A stretch of DNA of 64,000 bases from an uncultured delta proteobacterium (lineage in GTDB: Bacteria; Desulfobacterota; Binatia; Binatales; Binataceae). The notes below the pieces were generated by a model. The model ran no database searches, had not been told where the DNA came from, and was given only the letters and a program-made list of their open reading frames with translations. The position numbers were made by a program, and so were the translations under genes. The first letter of the stretch is position 1. The number at the start of each line of letters is the position of its first letter. Shown in pieces: positions 39,033 through 47,822 of this stretch. The stretch spans positions 2,432,001 to 2,496,000 of the forward strand of contig CAWEEQ010000004.1 in the NCBI GenBank assembly GCA_963808235.1. Direction: 5' to 3'.

Positions 39033-39914
39033 TCAATGAGCCGGCGGAATCAACGTGCCCTTCTCATCGTATTCATAAAAACCGCGTCCCGACTTGCGCC
39101 CGAGATAGCCGGCGTCGACGTACTTCTTGAGCAGCGGGCACGGCCGATACTTGTCGTCGCCGAGCACCCGATGCATCACCTCCATGATCGCGAGGCAGGT
39201 GTCGAGCCCGATAAGATCGGCCAGCTCGAGCGGCCCCATCGGCTGATTGGTGCCGAGCTTCATCGCAGTGTCGATATCGGTCACCCCGCCGACGCCCTCA
39301 TACATGGTGTAAATCGCTTCGTTGATCATCGGCAGCAGGACGCGATTGACGATGAAGCCGGGAAAATCCTGCGCCGTCATCGTGGTCTTGCCGAGCTGCT
39401 CGGCGAGCGCGCGGGTCTGCTGAAAGGTCGCCTCTGAAGTCGCCAGCCCGCGAATGATCTCGACCAGCTTCATCGCCGGAACCGGATTCATGAAATGCAT
39501 TCCGATCACGCGATCGGCGCGCGCGGTCTTCGCGCCCATCTTGGTGATCGAAATCGACGACGTGTTGGAGGCAAAGATGGTCTCCGGCGGACAGACCTTG
39601 TCGAGCTTCTGCAGGAGCGCGATCTTCGCGTCTTCGTTTTCGATCACCGCCTCGATAACGAAATCGACCTTGGCGAGATCCTCGAGGTTGGTGGTCGTCT
39701 CGACCCGGCGCATCACGCGATCGCGTTCTTCAGGCTTGAAGCGGCCGCGCTCGATCATCCGGTTGAAGTTGCGCGCAATCGAATCGACTCCGCGCTTGCA
39801 CAGCTCCGGCGTCACGTCATGCATCATGACCGCGATTTCCGCCTGAGCCGCGACCTGCGCAATCCCCGCGCCCATCTGCCCCGCCCCAATCACGCCGATC
39901 TGCCGTAAACTCAT
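39033..39914 (-). CDS. hbd: 3-hydroxybutyryl-CoA dehydrogenase
   Basis: GAGQMG, ASNTSS, GMHFMNP, PMGPL. Confidence 0.95.
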   Translation of the reverse strand: MSLRQIGVIGAGQMGAGIAQVAAQAEIAVMMHDVTPELCKRGVDSIARNFNRMIERGRFKPEERDRVMRRVETTTNLEDLAKVDFVIEAVIENEDAKIALLQKLDKVCPPETIFASNTSSISITKMGAKTARADRVIGMHFMNPVPAMKLVEIIRGLATSEATFQQTRALAEQLGKTTMTAQDFPGFIVNRVLLPMINEAIYTMYEGVGGVTDIDTAMKLGTNQPMGPLELADLIGLDTCLAIMEVMHRVLGDDKYRPCPLLKKYVDAGYLGRKSGRGFYEYDEKGTLIPPAH

Positions 39915-39946
39915 TGCTTTCTCCCAGAAAACACCTTTGACCCGAT

Positions 39947-40222
39947 CTACAGGTATGGAATGTAATTTTTCAGCGAGCTCAACAGCGCCGCGACGTCGGC
40001 CTCGTCGCCAAGATCGCGGCATAAAATTTCGTAGTAGCCTTTGATCCGGCCGCGCTCCTGGTTTTCGGCTGGCTCCGCGAGCAGAGCCTGGAAGTCCTTG
40101 AGCAGAGCCTGCGCTTCGAGCTTCTTCTTGACCGGGATCGCTTCGTCATCGACCGCGATCAGCAAGCGGATGTGATCGATCATCCGGTTCATCACGGCAA
40201 AATCGCTGCGATCTTTTTCCAT
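39947..40222 (-). CDS. Hypothetical protein (helical)
   Basis: Clean ORF in a co-directional gene run. Confidence 0.7.
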   Translation of the reverse strand: MEKDRSDFAVMNRMIDHIRLLIAVDDEAIPVKKKLEAQALLKDFQALLAEPAENQERGRIKGYYEILCRDLGDEADVAALLSSLKNYIPYL

Positions 40223-40239
40223 CGTCGATTTCCCGCGAG

Positions 40240-40602
40240 TCAATGATGCTCCGGAGGCTCTTCGCCGCCGACCCAGGTTCCCGCGCCGCCGCCGGTGCGC
40301 ATCTGCGTGCGCACCCGCTTTACATCTTCAGGCGACTGCCGGCCCGGCATTCCGAGATTTCGCATCAGGACATTGGTGAGGTTCGAGGTCAGCCGGTCCC
40401 GAATCGTCGGCTCGGCGCCAACCTGCGCGTCGAGCACCACATCCACCTGCTCGCGCTTCAGCCCCTCTTCGATAAAGATATCGACCAGGCCCGCGAGGCC
40501 CACGTCGCCGCCGGCCCGGTCCACAATCGCGACGACCTTCGCGCACGGCACACAGACCCGGCGAAGGAACCCGGCGCGCTCATGGCAATAGGTACAGCGC
40601 AT
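40240..40602 (-). CDS. Hypothetical protein with N-terminal zinc-ribbon motif
   Basis: CTYC...CVPC. Confidence 0.72.
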   Translation of the reverse strand: MRCTYCHERAGFLRRVCVPCAKVVAIVDRAGGDVGLAGLVDIFIEEGLKREQVDVVLDAQVGAEPTIRDRLTSNLTNVLMRNLGMPGRQSPEDVKRVRTQMRTGGGAGTWVGGEEPPEHH

Positions 40603-40796
40603 CAGGCGTAACTCAATGTACCTCTCCGGCTATTGGAGTCGCTTGACCCCATAAAAGCACTTGAAGCGGCCGTGCGCACGATCAAATCGGCGGGCCCGCT
40701 TCAGCCTCGAAGTTACTACCGGCTGTCCGCGCGAGCAAGTAGAGGAGAATGGGCGCACGGCCCGCACATGGCGGGCCGGCCGAGGCGGCGATCGTC

Positions 40797-41822
40797 CTAC
40801 TGATGGCTGGCGAGGAAGGTCAGCATCTGCTCGGTCCAGGTGAGCGGCCATTCGATGTGATTCAGTGAGCCGACCGTAATGCCAGGCAGGCTCGTGCTGG
40901 TGCCGTCCGGATCGGTGCCGCACAGCGGATCACAAAAGCCGACCTGCTGCTTGAGCGAGTCGATTATCACGTCCTCGTCAGGGTTGGCGCCGAGCGTCGC
41001 CACTTGGCTGATGATCATCTCGCTGTTGGGGCACAGGCCCGCGATGTCGCAGGAATTGTGCACTTGGTAGCTTTGGATCTTTGGATTCGGAACCTGGATC
41101 TCTGCGTTGCTAGCGGGATGATCCTCGACTGGAGTCTGCGGGCATGGATCGTTGAAGGCCTTGAACGGATCGGGCGCCGAATACACCGCGATCGCATTCA
41201 CGTTGGGGCGGTTGAGCGCATAGATATACGACATCGCGGATCCGTTGGACCATCCGGAGACGAACGTCTTGTCCCTGAGCACGGTTCCGTTGGCCTGCAC
41301 CACGTTGATGAAATGATCGATGGTCGCGGCGTCTACATTTTCAGGAAAACTCTGGTTACCGATGTTCCTGTTGCCCGGAGTGAACTGTCGGTACCAGTTG
41401 TCCCATCCGGGGCCCTGATTGTCGGGGGCGGGATAGAAATGCGTCGTCTCGCGACCCTCAGGAGTCAGCACCACAAAGCCCTTGGTGCCGGGGCTAAGGC
41501 TGAAGTTGTTCTGGAACGACAGGATGTTGGTCGAGGTTATCGAGTCGGCGGTCACCAGCGAAGGATGCAACCATACGAGCAGCGGCAGCGGATTCGATTC
41601 CGAGGCGCCCAGCGGTTCGTACAGGCACGCATAGCGTGGAGTGCCGTCGGAATCATTCCAGGGACCTAACAGCGTCCCTCCTGCACAGATCGGAACCGGG
41701 TTGCTGATCAACGTCTGCGGAGGATTGCCAAACGGGCTGCATGCCGTGGCCGCGGCGGCGGAACCTGGGCCGGCTGCAAGCGTCGCGATCGCAAGCAAAA
41801 CGAATAGAAAACTGGCTTTCAT
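40797..41822 (-). CDS. Secreted esterase (PHB depolymerase/LpqC-like), Cys-rich
   Basis: Signal peptide, PLLVWLH, GWSNG nucleophile elbow, C-terminal H-x-x-W-P. Confidence 0.75.
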   Translation of the reverse strand: MKASFLFVLLAIATLAAGPGSAAAATACSPFGNPPQTLISNPVPICAGGTLLGPWNDSDGTPRYACLYEPLGASESNPLPLLVWLHPSLVTADSITSTNILSFQNNFSLSPGTKGFVVLTPEGRETTHFYPAPDNQGPGWDNWYRQFTPGNRNIGNQSFPENVDAATIDHFINVVQANGTVLRDKTFVSGWSNGSAMSYIYALNRPNVNAIAVYSAPDPFKAFNDPCPQTPVEDHPASNAEIQVPNPKIQSYQVHNSCDIAGLCPNSEMIISQVATLGANPDEDVIIDSLKQQVGFCDPLCGTDPDGTSTSLPGITVGSLNHIEWPLTWTEQMLTFLASHQ

Positions 41823-42004
41823 TCGTACGTCCTCCTCGTACCAGTAGGGCCCCCATTGGCGCGGATTTCATATGCACGCAATTTCGGGGCCTTGCCGATC
41901 TTCTCGCTCGTCCGTGGATTATGTTTAAAATTCAGCATGAATTTGCTGGTCGGAGTGCTCCGAAGCACAAGGCGGGTGTCAACTATGAGGAAGGTTTTAC
42001 ACGT

Positions 42005-42054
42005 TTGACATTCTTAGAGGCGGCGAATAACATCATATTGAGAATGATTCTCAA
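42005..42054 (+). promoter_or_regulatory. Sigma70 promoter with Fur-type box
   Basis: TTGACA(42005)-17-TAACAT; perfect dyad TTGAGAAT-G-ATTCTCAA at 42038-42054. Confidence 0.8.
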
Positions 42055-42120
42055 AATTATGACGTGTTAGCTCCTGCTTGACGATTAACATCCCGAATCC
42101 TACCAACCGACCACCACCCA

Positions 42121-42969
42121 ATGACTCATACCGCCGTCGCATATTTCTTCTTCTCACTCGGCATCCTGTTCCGCGAAGGGATGGAAGCGATGCTGGTGAT
42201 CGTCGCGCTGGCGGCGGGCACCCGCGGGATTGGACGAATCGGCCGCTCGCGAGATATCTACGCGGGCGCCATCGCCGCGATCGTCGCAAGCATCGCGCTC
42301 GCGTGGGCGGTCAATCATCTGATCAGCGACGACATGAGCGATACGCTCGAAGGCTGCTTTCAAGTCTTCGCCGCCGCAACGCTCTTCTACGTCAGCTCTT
42401 GGCTTACTTCCAAGGGACAGGCCGACCGCTGGATGAAGTTTATCAGCCACAAGCTCGAAAGCGCCGAGCAGAGCACGCTTCCGGGTATCGCGCTGGGGCT
42501 CACCGCGTTTCTCGCCGTGATGCGCGAGGGTGCCGAAACGATCGTCTTCTTCCAGGCGCTCACCAACGGCGCGACCGAAACTGTCGAGCGCCATGCAGTC
42601 GCAGCCGGCATCGTCGTCGCGGCGTTCGCGCTCGCGATCGCGTTCGTCGTTCTCAAACGCGCCGCGGATCGGATCCCGATGGGGATTTTCTTCCACGCGA
42701 CGTCCGCCCTGCTCTACGCGCTGGCGGTCGTCTTTATCGGCCAGGGTGTCGCGAGCCTGCAGGAAGCGTCGATCGTACCGGCCACCTTCGTCGACTTTGT
42801 TCCGACCATCCCGATGCTCGGTCTGTTCCCGACGGTTCAGTCTCTAGGCGCGCAAGCGATGCTCCTGATACTCGCGGCTGCGGCAGTCTTCGTTCCCCGC
42901 CGCTCCGCCGCACGACAGGTCCGTATCACGGAACCTGCCGCAGTCCGCACCCGCAGCAGCCAGTCTTAA
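42121..42969 (+). CDS. FTR1/EfeU family iron permease
   Basis: Two RExxE motifs (REGME, REGAE); about 7 TM. Confidence 0.93.
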   Translation: MTHTAVAYFFFSLGILFREGMEAMLVIVALAAGTRGIGRIGRSRDIYAGAIAAIVASIALAWAVNHLISDDMSDTLEGCFQVFAAATLFYVSSWLTSKGQADRWMKFISHKLESAEQSTLPGIALGLTAFLAVMREGAETIVFFQALTNGATETVERHAVAAGIVVAAFALAIAFVVLKRAADRIPMGIFFHATSALLYALAVVFIGQGVASLQEASIVPATFVDFVPTIPMLGLFPTVQSLGAQAMLLILAAAAVFVPRRSAARQVRITEPAAVRTRSSQS

Positions 42970-43018
42970 GCACAGTCGCCAGTACCGCGTAGCGCGTGTC
43001 AGATTGATCGGTTCGCGA

Positions 43019-43490
43019 TCAGTTGGCGGGAGCAGGCCGCTCCGGTGCGGGCCCGGGTCGGGTAGTGTTGTGCTCGGGCGTCTCGACGATAGAGCCTGAG
43101 CCGCCTGATAATACCGTCTCCACATCGGAACTCAGTTTTTCCGAGATGACCAGTGCGCGGAAACCCATCCGGGTGCATTGATCGACCATCGGATCGCGCG
43201 CGACCGGACTGTGCCGCACGTGTTTCAGCACCGCGCGCAAATCCTGCGTGCGATCGAGCACGCCCGCCAGCCGCGCCTACGACGATCACCGCCGAGCCGC
43301 CTTCCGCCGCCAGATCGAGCGCCAGCGACTCGTCGTGTTCAGCGGCGGCAAGCGCATGAAGCGCGGTTTTGATCGAGTTGCACGCCGCCTCTGAATTTTC
43401 TTCGGATTGCGATGACTGCGATGGCGTATCGGCGGCCAGGATCGCATCGGGGACCGCCAGCATCGCGAGCAGAAAAACGAAGATCGACAT
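43019..43490 (-). CDS. Hypothetical secreted helical protein (+1 frameshift at ~43279)
   Basis: Signal peptide; removing one base joins ORF 42999..43490 to ORF 43019..43261 (IVEARLAGVLDRT). Confidence 0.6.
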
Positions 43491-43580
43491 GCTACCGCGC
43501 GCACTGCGATCCGAAAAACAACGAGCCGGCGACGCGGCCGGATACCGAAGCTTTCACATCGGCAAGCGCGCGCAACTCGA

Positions 43581-44054
43581 TCAGGCGGCGTCGTTCTCCG
43601 AGCTCGAGTAGCCGATCGAGTTCAGGAACGCCTCCTTCTGTCCGGACGGCATGATGTAAATTCCGTCCCATCCGCAAACCTCTTCGCAGAGCAGGCATCC
43701 GACGCAGGTCTTCTCGTTGACCTGCACTTTGCCGAGATACACGGCCGTGTTTTCCGGCGACGGCGAGATGCAATCGAACGGGCAAACGTCCACGCACACG
43801 CCGCATCCGTTGCAGTTGTCGGGATGCACCACCGCGACCGGACGCTCGGCGCGCTTTAGCACGTGAGTGATGTCGCCGAGATTGTTCATGATTGCGTCGT
43901 CGGGGCAGATAACCCCGCACGCGCCGCAATCGATGCACATCGCGGCTTCGATGTAATAAACCTTTTTCGACAGCCCGGAGATTGCGCCGGTCGGACAGCG
44001 CTTTTCACACGCGCTGCATCCGGTGCAGTTCTCGGCGATGATCGTAAATGCCAT
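43581..44054 (-). CDS. Polyferredoxin with four [4Fe-4S] motifs
   Basis: CTGCSACEKRCP, CIDCGACGVICP, CNGCGVCVDVCP, CVGCLLCEEVC. Confidence 0.93.
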   Translation of the reverse strand: MAFTIIAENCTGCSACEKRCPTGAISGLSKKVYYIEAAMCIDCGACGVICPDDAIMNNLGDITHVLKRAERPVAVVHPDNCNGCGVCVDVCPFDCISPSPENTAVYLGKVQVNEKTCVGCLLCEEVCGWDGIYIMPSGQKEAFLNSIGYSSSENDAA

Positions 44055-44062
44055 CCTGCTCC

Positions 44063-44248
44063 CTACTTCCTCATCTCGTCGATAATTCGTTCGCGATGCC
44101 CATGCTCGATCAGCTGATCGTTGCGCCGCGCCTGCTTCAACGCGATGTAGGTGAAGAACATCACCAGGAACATCATCGCGATGATCGGGATATTGTCCGG
44201 CACGGTGAGGATATCGAGAAACTGTTGAAGTCCGGTGATATGTTCCAT
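44063..44248 (-). CDS. 61-aa single-TM protein resembling the PDNxPI helix of planctomycete-type cytochrome b subunit IV
   Basis: LTVPDNIPIIAMMFLVMFFTYIALKQARRND; AGAAGG SD; coupled to the ferredoxin. Confidence 0.75.
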   Translation of the reverse strand: MEHITGLQQFLDILTVPDNIPIIAMMFLVMFFTYIALKQARRNDQLIEHGHRERIIDEMRK

Positions 44249-44415
44249 TAAAAAACCTTCTGCGCCCGCTCTACTACGCAATTATATCCGTCCCGCATCG
44301 ATGTACCAACGCCATTAGCCGGTGTCAACTTGCCCCGCCCGCCGGATGCACGAAACTAATCGCAAAGGCACTTTGACGCTTGCGGGTCGACGCCTTCGGC
44401 GTGCAAAGTGTCTGC

Positions 44416-45174
44416 ATGGGCAATCACGTCGACGCATCCCCTTACGCCGCCGGTGCGCCGCGCGGCATCTTCAGTCTCGTATGGGGCGCGACGGCCACCC
44501 TGCTCTCCGCAATTTGGACCGCGATCTGCGCGATCGGCGCCGCGATCGGCGCCACGCTCGGCAAGCATCACGCGGTCACATTGATCACTCGCGCATGGGG
44601 CCGCGGAATAGTCAGGCTGTGTGGAATCCACGTCGAGATCGAAGGGCTCGAGAATCTCGCGGGGCTCAAGTCGTTCGTGCTGGTCGCCAATCATCAGAGC
44701 TTCTTCGATATCTTCGCAACCGCCGGCTACATCCCCGGCGAGCCGCGTTTCGTCGCCAAGAAACAGCTGCTGAAAATCCCGGTCGTCGGCTATGCGATGC
44801 ATCGCGGCGGTCACGTGATCATCGATCGCGAAGCAGGCGGCCAGGCGATCCGCAAAGCAATCCAGATCATCAAGAGCGGCTTCGACATGTGCGTTTTCGC
44901 CGAAGGTCATCGCTTCAACGACAATCGCGTGCATGAGTTCAACGACGGCGCCGCATGGCTCGCGATCATGTGCAAGCTTCCCGCGGTGCCGATGTCGATT
45001 AGCGGATCGGGCAGGTTTTTTCCGCGCGGCGCAAAAGTCGTGGTCCCGGGCGGCACGATGCGCATGCGGATTGGCAAACCGATCTCAACCGAGGGGATGC
45101 GCAGTGCCGACCGAACCGAACTGACGCGGCGCCTCGAGGAGGACGTCCGCGCCAGCTTCACGACCGAAGTCTAG
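44416..45174 (+). CDS. plsC: 1-acyl-sn-glycerol-3-phosphate acyltransferase
   Basis: NHQSFFDI and FAEGHR motifs. Confidence 0.9.
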   Translation: MGNHVDASPYAAGAPRGIFSLVWGATATLLSAIWTAICAIGAAIGATLGKHHAVTLITRAWGRGIVRLCGIHVEIEGLENLAGLKSFVLVANHQSFFDIFATAGYIPGEPRFVAKKQLLKIPVVGYAMHRGGHVIIDREAGGQAIRKAIQIIKSGFDMCVFAEGHRFNDNRVHEFNDGAAWLAIMCKLPAVPMSISGSGRFFPRGAKVVVPGGTMRMRIGKPISTEGMRSADRTELTRRLEEDVRASFTTEV

Positions 45175-45184
45175 GTGCTGTTCG

Positions 45185-45379
45185 CTACAGGATATCGCCG
45201 ACTACGTGGAAGGGGTACATAACGACCGAGCCCACTCCATCCAGCACCGAGCCGACCGTGCTGCCCGTGTCATTTGTTACCTGGTTGGCACTTTCGTCGA
45301 CATGCTCTGCGCAGCCGGGGATCACGAAAAGCGCGCCGGTAAGCAGAAAAATTGGGACGATTCGTTTTATCTTCGACAT
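45185..45379 (-). CDS. Small lipoprotein
   Basis: IPGC lipobox; V.YPFHVVGDI C-terminus. Confidence 0.65.
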   Translation of the reverse strand: MSKIKRIVPIFLLTGALFVIPGCAEHVDESANQVTNDTGSTVGSVLDGVGSVVMYPFHVVGDIL

Positions 45380-45535
45380 AGAAAACCTCTTCTCAGACCG
45401 TAGATCCGAGTCTCGCACAGTAATGACGCAAGAGGTATGCCGAGCGTCGCTCGTAGTGCTTTAAGGGACTTTATAGTCAGGCGTTAGCGTGATTTGCGTG
45501 ATGTGGGTAACCGCGAAATCGCTTACGTCTTGTCC

Positions 45536-45904
45536 TTACATCTTGCGATCGAAGATGAAGAGCGGGACCTGGTTCGCGAGTTTGGGATCTATCGCGAGAA
45601 TTCGGCGCCCCGATTCGATCCGAATCGCGTCCACGCTCAAACCCGCAATTCGAAAATTCGCGACGACTTGATCGAGGTCCTCCGCCTCAAGCCACAGCCC
45701 GACCATACCCTCGCCCGGCGCCGCGATCGCAGCCGCCGCCGCGTCGCCCGAGGCAAGCCGGATTTCGGCGCCACCGACTTTCACGCTCGCCGATTTTCCG
45801 TCTGCCGATTTCGTAACGTGGAAGCCGAAATTGTTTTCGTAAATAGAAGCCGCATCCGCGAGATCGGAAGTCGCAACTTCGATCGAATCAAGCCGTTTCA
45901 GCAT
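45536..45904 (-). CDS. VOC family protein
   Basis: LDSIEVATSDLADA...Y..NFGF pattern. Confidence 0.75.
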   Translation of the reverse strand: MLKRLDSIEVATSDLADAASIYENNFGFHVTKSADGKSASVKVGGAEIRLASGDAAAAAIAAPGEGMVGLWLEAEDLDQVVANFRIAGLSVDAIRIESGRRILAIDPKLANQVPLFIFDRKM

Positions 45905-45952
45905 GGTCGTACTCTAACCTGCGATATGAGATTGATCCACGTGAAAGAGTGA

Positions 45953-45989
45953 AAAATAAAAAACGGGACCGGATCGCTCCGGTCCCGTG
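45953..45989 (-). terminator. Intrinsic terminator
   Basis: acgggaccgga-tcgc-tccggtcccgt with an A-run on the left (U-run on minus). Confidence 0.8.
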
Positions 45990-46011
45990 ACTCGCTCTCG
46001 ACTTGCTGTCG

Positions 46012-46527
46012 CTACGGCTTTGAACTCAGGTCCGGCTTCCCGGTTGCGAGATCGACCGGAAAGGAAAGGTGCTCTTCCACGATCGTCCACTTGCCTTTGA
46101 TCTTCTTGTAGCCGTCGCTCACTCGAAAAGTCAGATCGATCGGCTTGCCATTCTTGTCGGTGCCGCTGAAATGCTGGACGTTGTGCCCGAAGCCGAGCTT
46201 GCCGTCGGCGGTGACGCTCAGGTCTGACATTTCTGCGTGCAGCGGTCCCTGGAACAATCCGATGAAGGCTTCGTTGTCCGCGCGCCAGGCCTTGATGCCG
46301 ACGTATTGCCGCGGCGGAATCGCATCGAAGACGAAGAGAGTCTCGTCCTGCAGGTACGGGGCGAGCGCCTTGTCCAGGTCCTTCGCGCCGAAATCTTTGA
46401 TCATCTCGGCTTCCATCGCCCGGATTTCAGCTTCGTCGCTTTCCTTCGCGATCGAGTTCGACTGCCGCACGACAACCAACAGCGCAATCGCGCCGGTTAG
46501 CGCGCCCAACATCACCACTCTCTTCAT
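46012..46527 (-). CDS. Secreted SnoaL/NTF2-like protein
   Basis: Signal peptide; FDAIPP..Y.G, GKWTIVEEHLSFPVD. Confidence 0.88.
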   Translation of the reverse strand: MKRVVMLGALTGAIALLVVVRQSNSIAKESDEAEIRAMEAEMIKDFGAKDLDKALAPYLQDETLFVFDAIPPRQYVGIKAWRADNEAFIGLFQGPLHAEMSDLSVTADGKLGFGHNVQHFSGTDKNGKPIDLTFRVSDGYKKIKGKWTIVEEHLSFPVDLATGKPDLSSKP

Positions 46528-46567
46528 CCAGGCTCCTCCATTCACGTGATGAACCGCGATCTCTTCG

Positions 46568-47272
46568 CTAGCCCTTCGGCTTCATCGTGAAATTCGTCGT
46601 CGCCGTCGCGCCGTCCTTCACGCTTGCCTTCTGATCCTGGGTGCCGAGCTTTTCCTGCCACACCTGGACGGTGTAGTCGCCTGGCGGCACGTTCGCGATC
46701 GAGTAGTTGCCCTTGTCGTCCGTCACTGCGAAGTACGGCGTGTCGGTCGCGACCCACCATCCATGCATCCATCCGTGCGCATCGCAGGTGACCCTGATCA
46801 CTTCCGGCTTCTCGACCTTCTGCTGAATCTGCTTCTTGAACTTGGGCTGCGCCATGTTGAAGGAAGGATTCTTTTCCGAGTAGGTATGGATGTTATGCAG
46901 GATGCCGTCGGAGTTGATGATATCCACGGTGCTGCCGGCCGGGAACGCGAGCACATGCGGCACGTAGTCGCATCCTTTTTGATCGAACTTCACTTCGCCC
47001 GGCTTCAAATCGCCTTTGGCGCCCTGGACGATCACAACCGCGTTCGCGATTCCGCCGCCGCTGTCCACCAGCAAGTCTTCCTCGACGTGCGGATGCAGCG
47101 CGCAGACTTCCTTGTCCTTCGTCACTTCGACTTTTTTCGGCGTCGGCGGCGTGCCGTCATACTTGACGGTCCCGCTTACCGTGCCACCCGCCGCGATGGC
47201 CGGATTGGCGCCAATACTCACACTGAGCGCAACGCTCGCACATGCTGCGAGTACAACCGCATAAGTTTTCAT
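46568..47272 (-). CDS. Periplasmic cupredoxin-like + carboxypeptidase-regulatory-like domain protein
   Basis: Signal peptide; NSDGILHNIH and CDAHGWM; VTDDKGNYSIANVPPGDY. Confidence 0.85.
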   Translation of the reverse strand: MKTYAVVLAACASVALSVSIGANPAIAAGGTVSGTVKYDGTPPTPKKVEVTKDKEVCALHPHVEEDLLVDSGGGIANAVVIVQGAKGDLKPGEVKFDQKGCDYVPHVLAFPAGSTVDIINSDGILHNIHTYSEKNPSFNMAQPKFKKQIQQKVEKPEVIRVTCDAHGWMHGWWVATDTPYFAVTDDKGNYSIANVPPGDYTVQVWQEKLGTQDQKASVKDGATATTNFTMKPKG

Positions 47273-47392
47273 ATTCTTCGAATCACCTCGGTAGTTAGTT
47301 CGGTTAAAGATCATGCTCAATTGAACAATCACTCACTCTAGCGAAATATCCATTCCGTACTCAATCAAAGAGCTCACTCGGTAGTGAGTCAG

Positions 47393-47788
47393 CTACTTTC
47401 CTTTCAAACGCTTCGCAATGAGCGCTCCGCCGGGCTGTTCTGTTACTTCAAATCCGTCGCTCATCTTCTTTTTCAAGAGTTCAACCAGATCCGCCTTCGA
47501 CAATTTTGGCATCGGGTTGTGGTCAGGCGCGTCGGCGATTAGAAGCCCGTCAGGAATCTTCATGCGGGGGCAGAAGCCTTTGATGCTTTTCGATCCATCC
47601 CTGCTTTCGTAGTCGCTCTTGACGTACGGGCGCGCTCCGTCGAACGGGGAAAATGGCGTCTCCAGATATTTCCGCTCTTCACCATGGAGCTCCCGAACGC
47701 TGCCGTCTTCTTCGACCAATACGTACGGATAGGGCTTTAGAGAAGCCGCCGCCCGTTCCGCGACCGCGAACATCGGGGTTTTCGCCAT
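47393..47788 (-). CDS. Hypothetical protein
   Basis: YPYVLVEEDGSVREL...YLETPFSPFDGARPYVK; atypical codon use, inserted in the cytochrome cluster. Confidence 0.7.
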   Translation of the reverse strand: MAKTPMFAVAERAAASLKPYPYVLVEEDGSVRELHGEERKYLETPFSPFDGARPYVKSDYESRDGSKSIKGFCPRMKIPDGLLIADAPDHNPMPKLSKADLVELLKKKMSDGFEVTEQPGGALIAKRLKGK

Positions 47789-47822
47789 TGTCCGATACCT
47801 GATCGATTACTAATTTGCCGTC

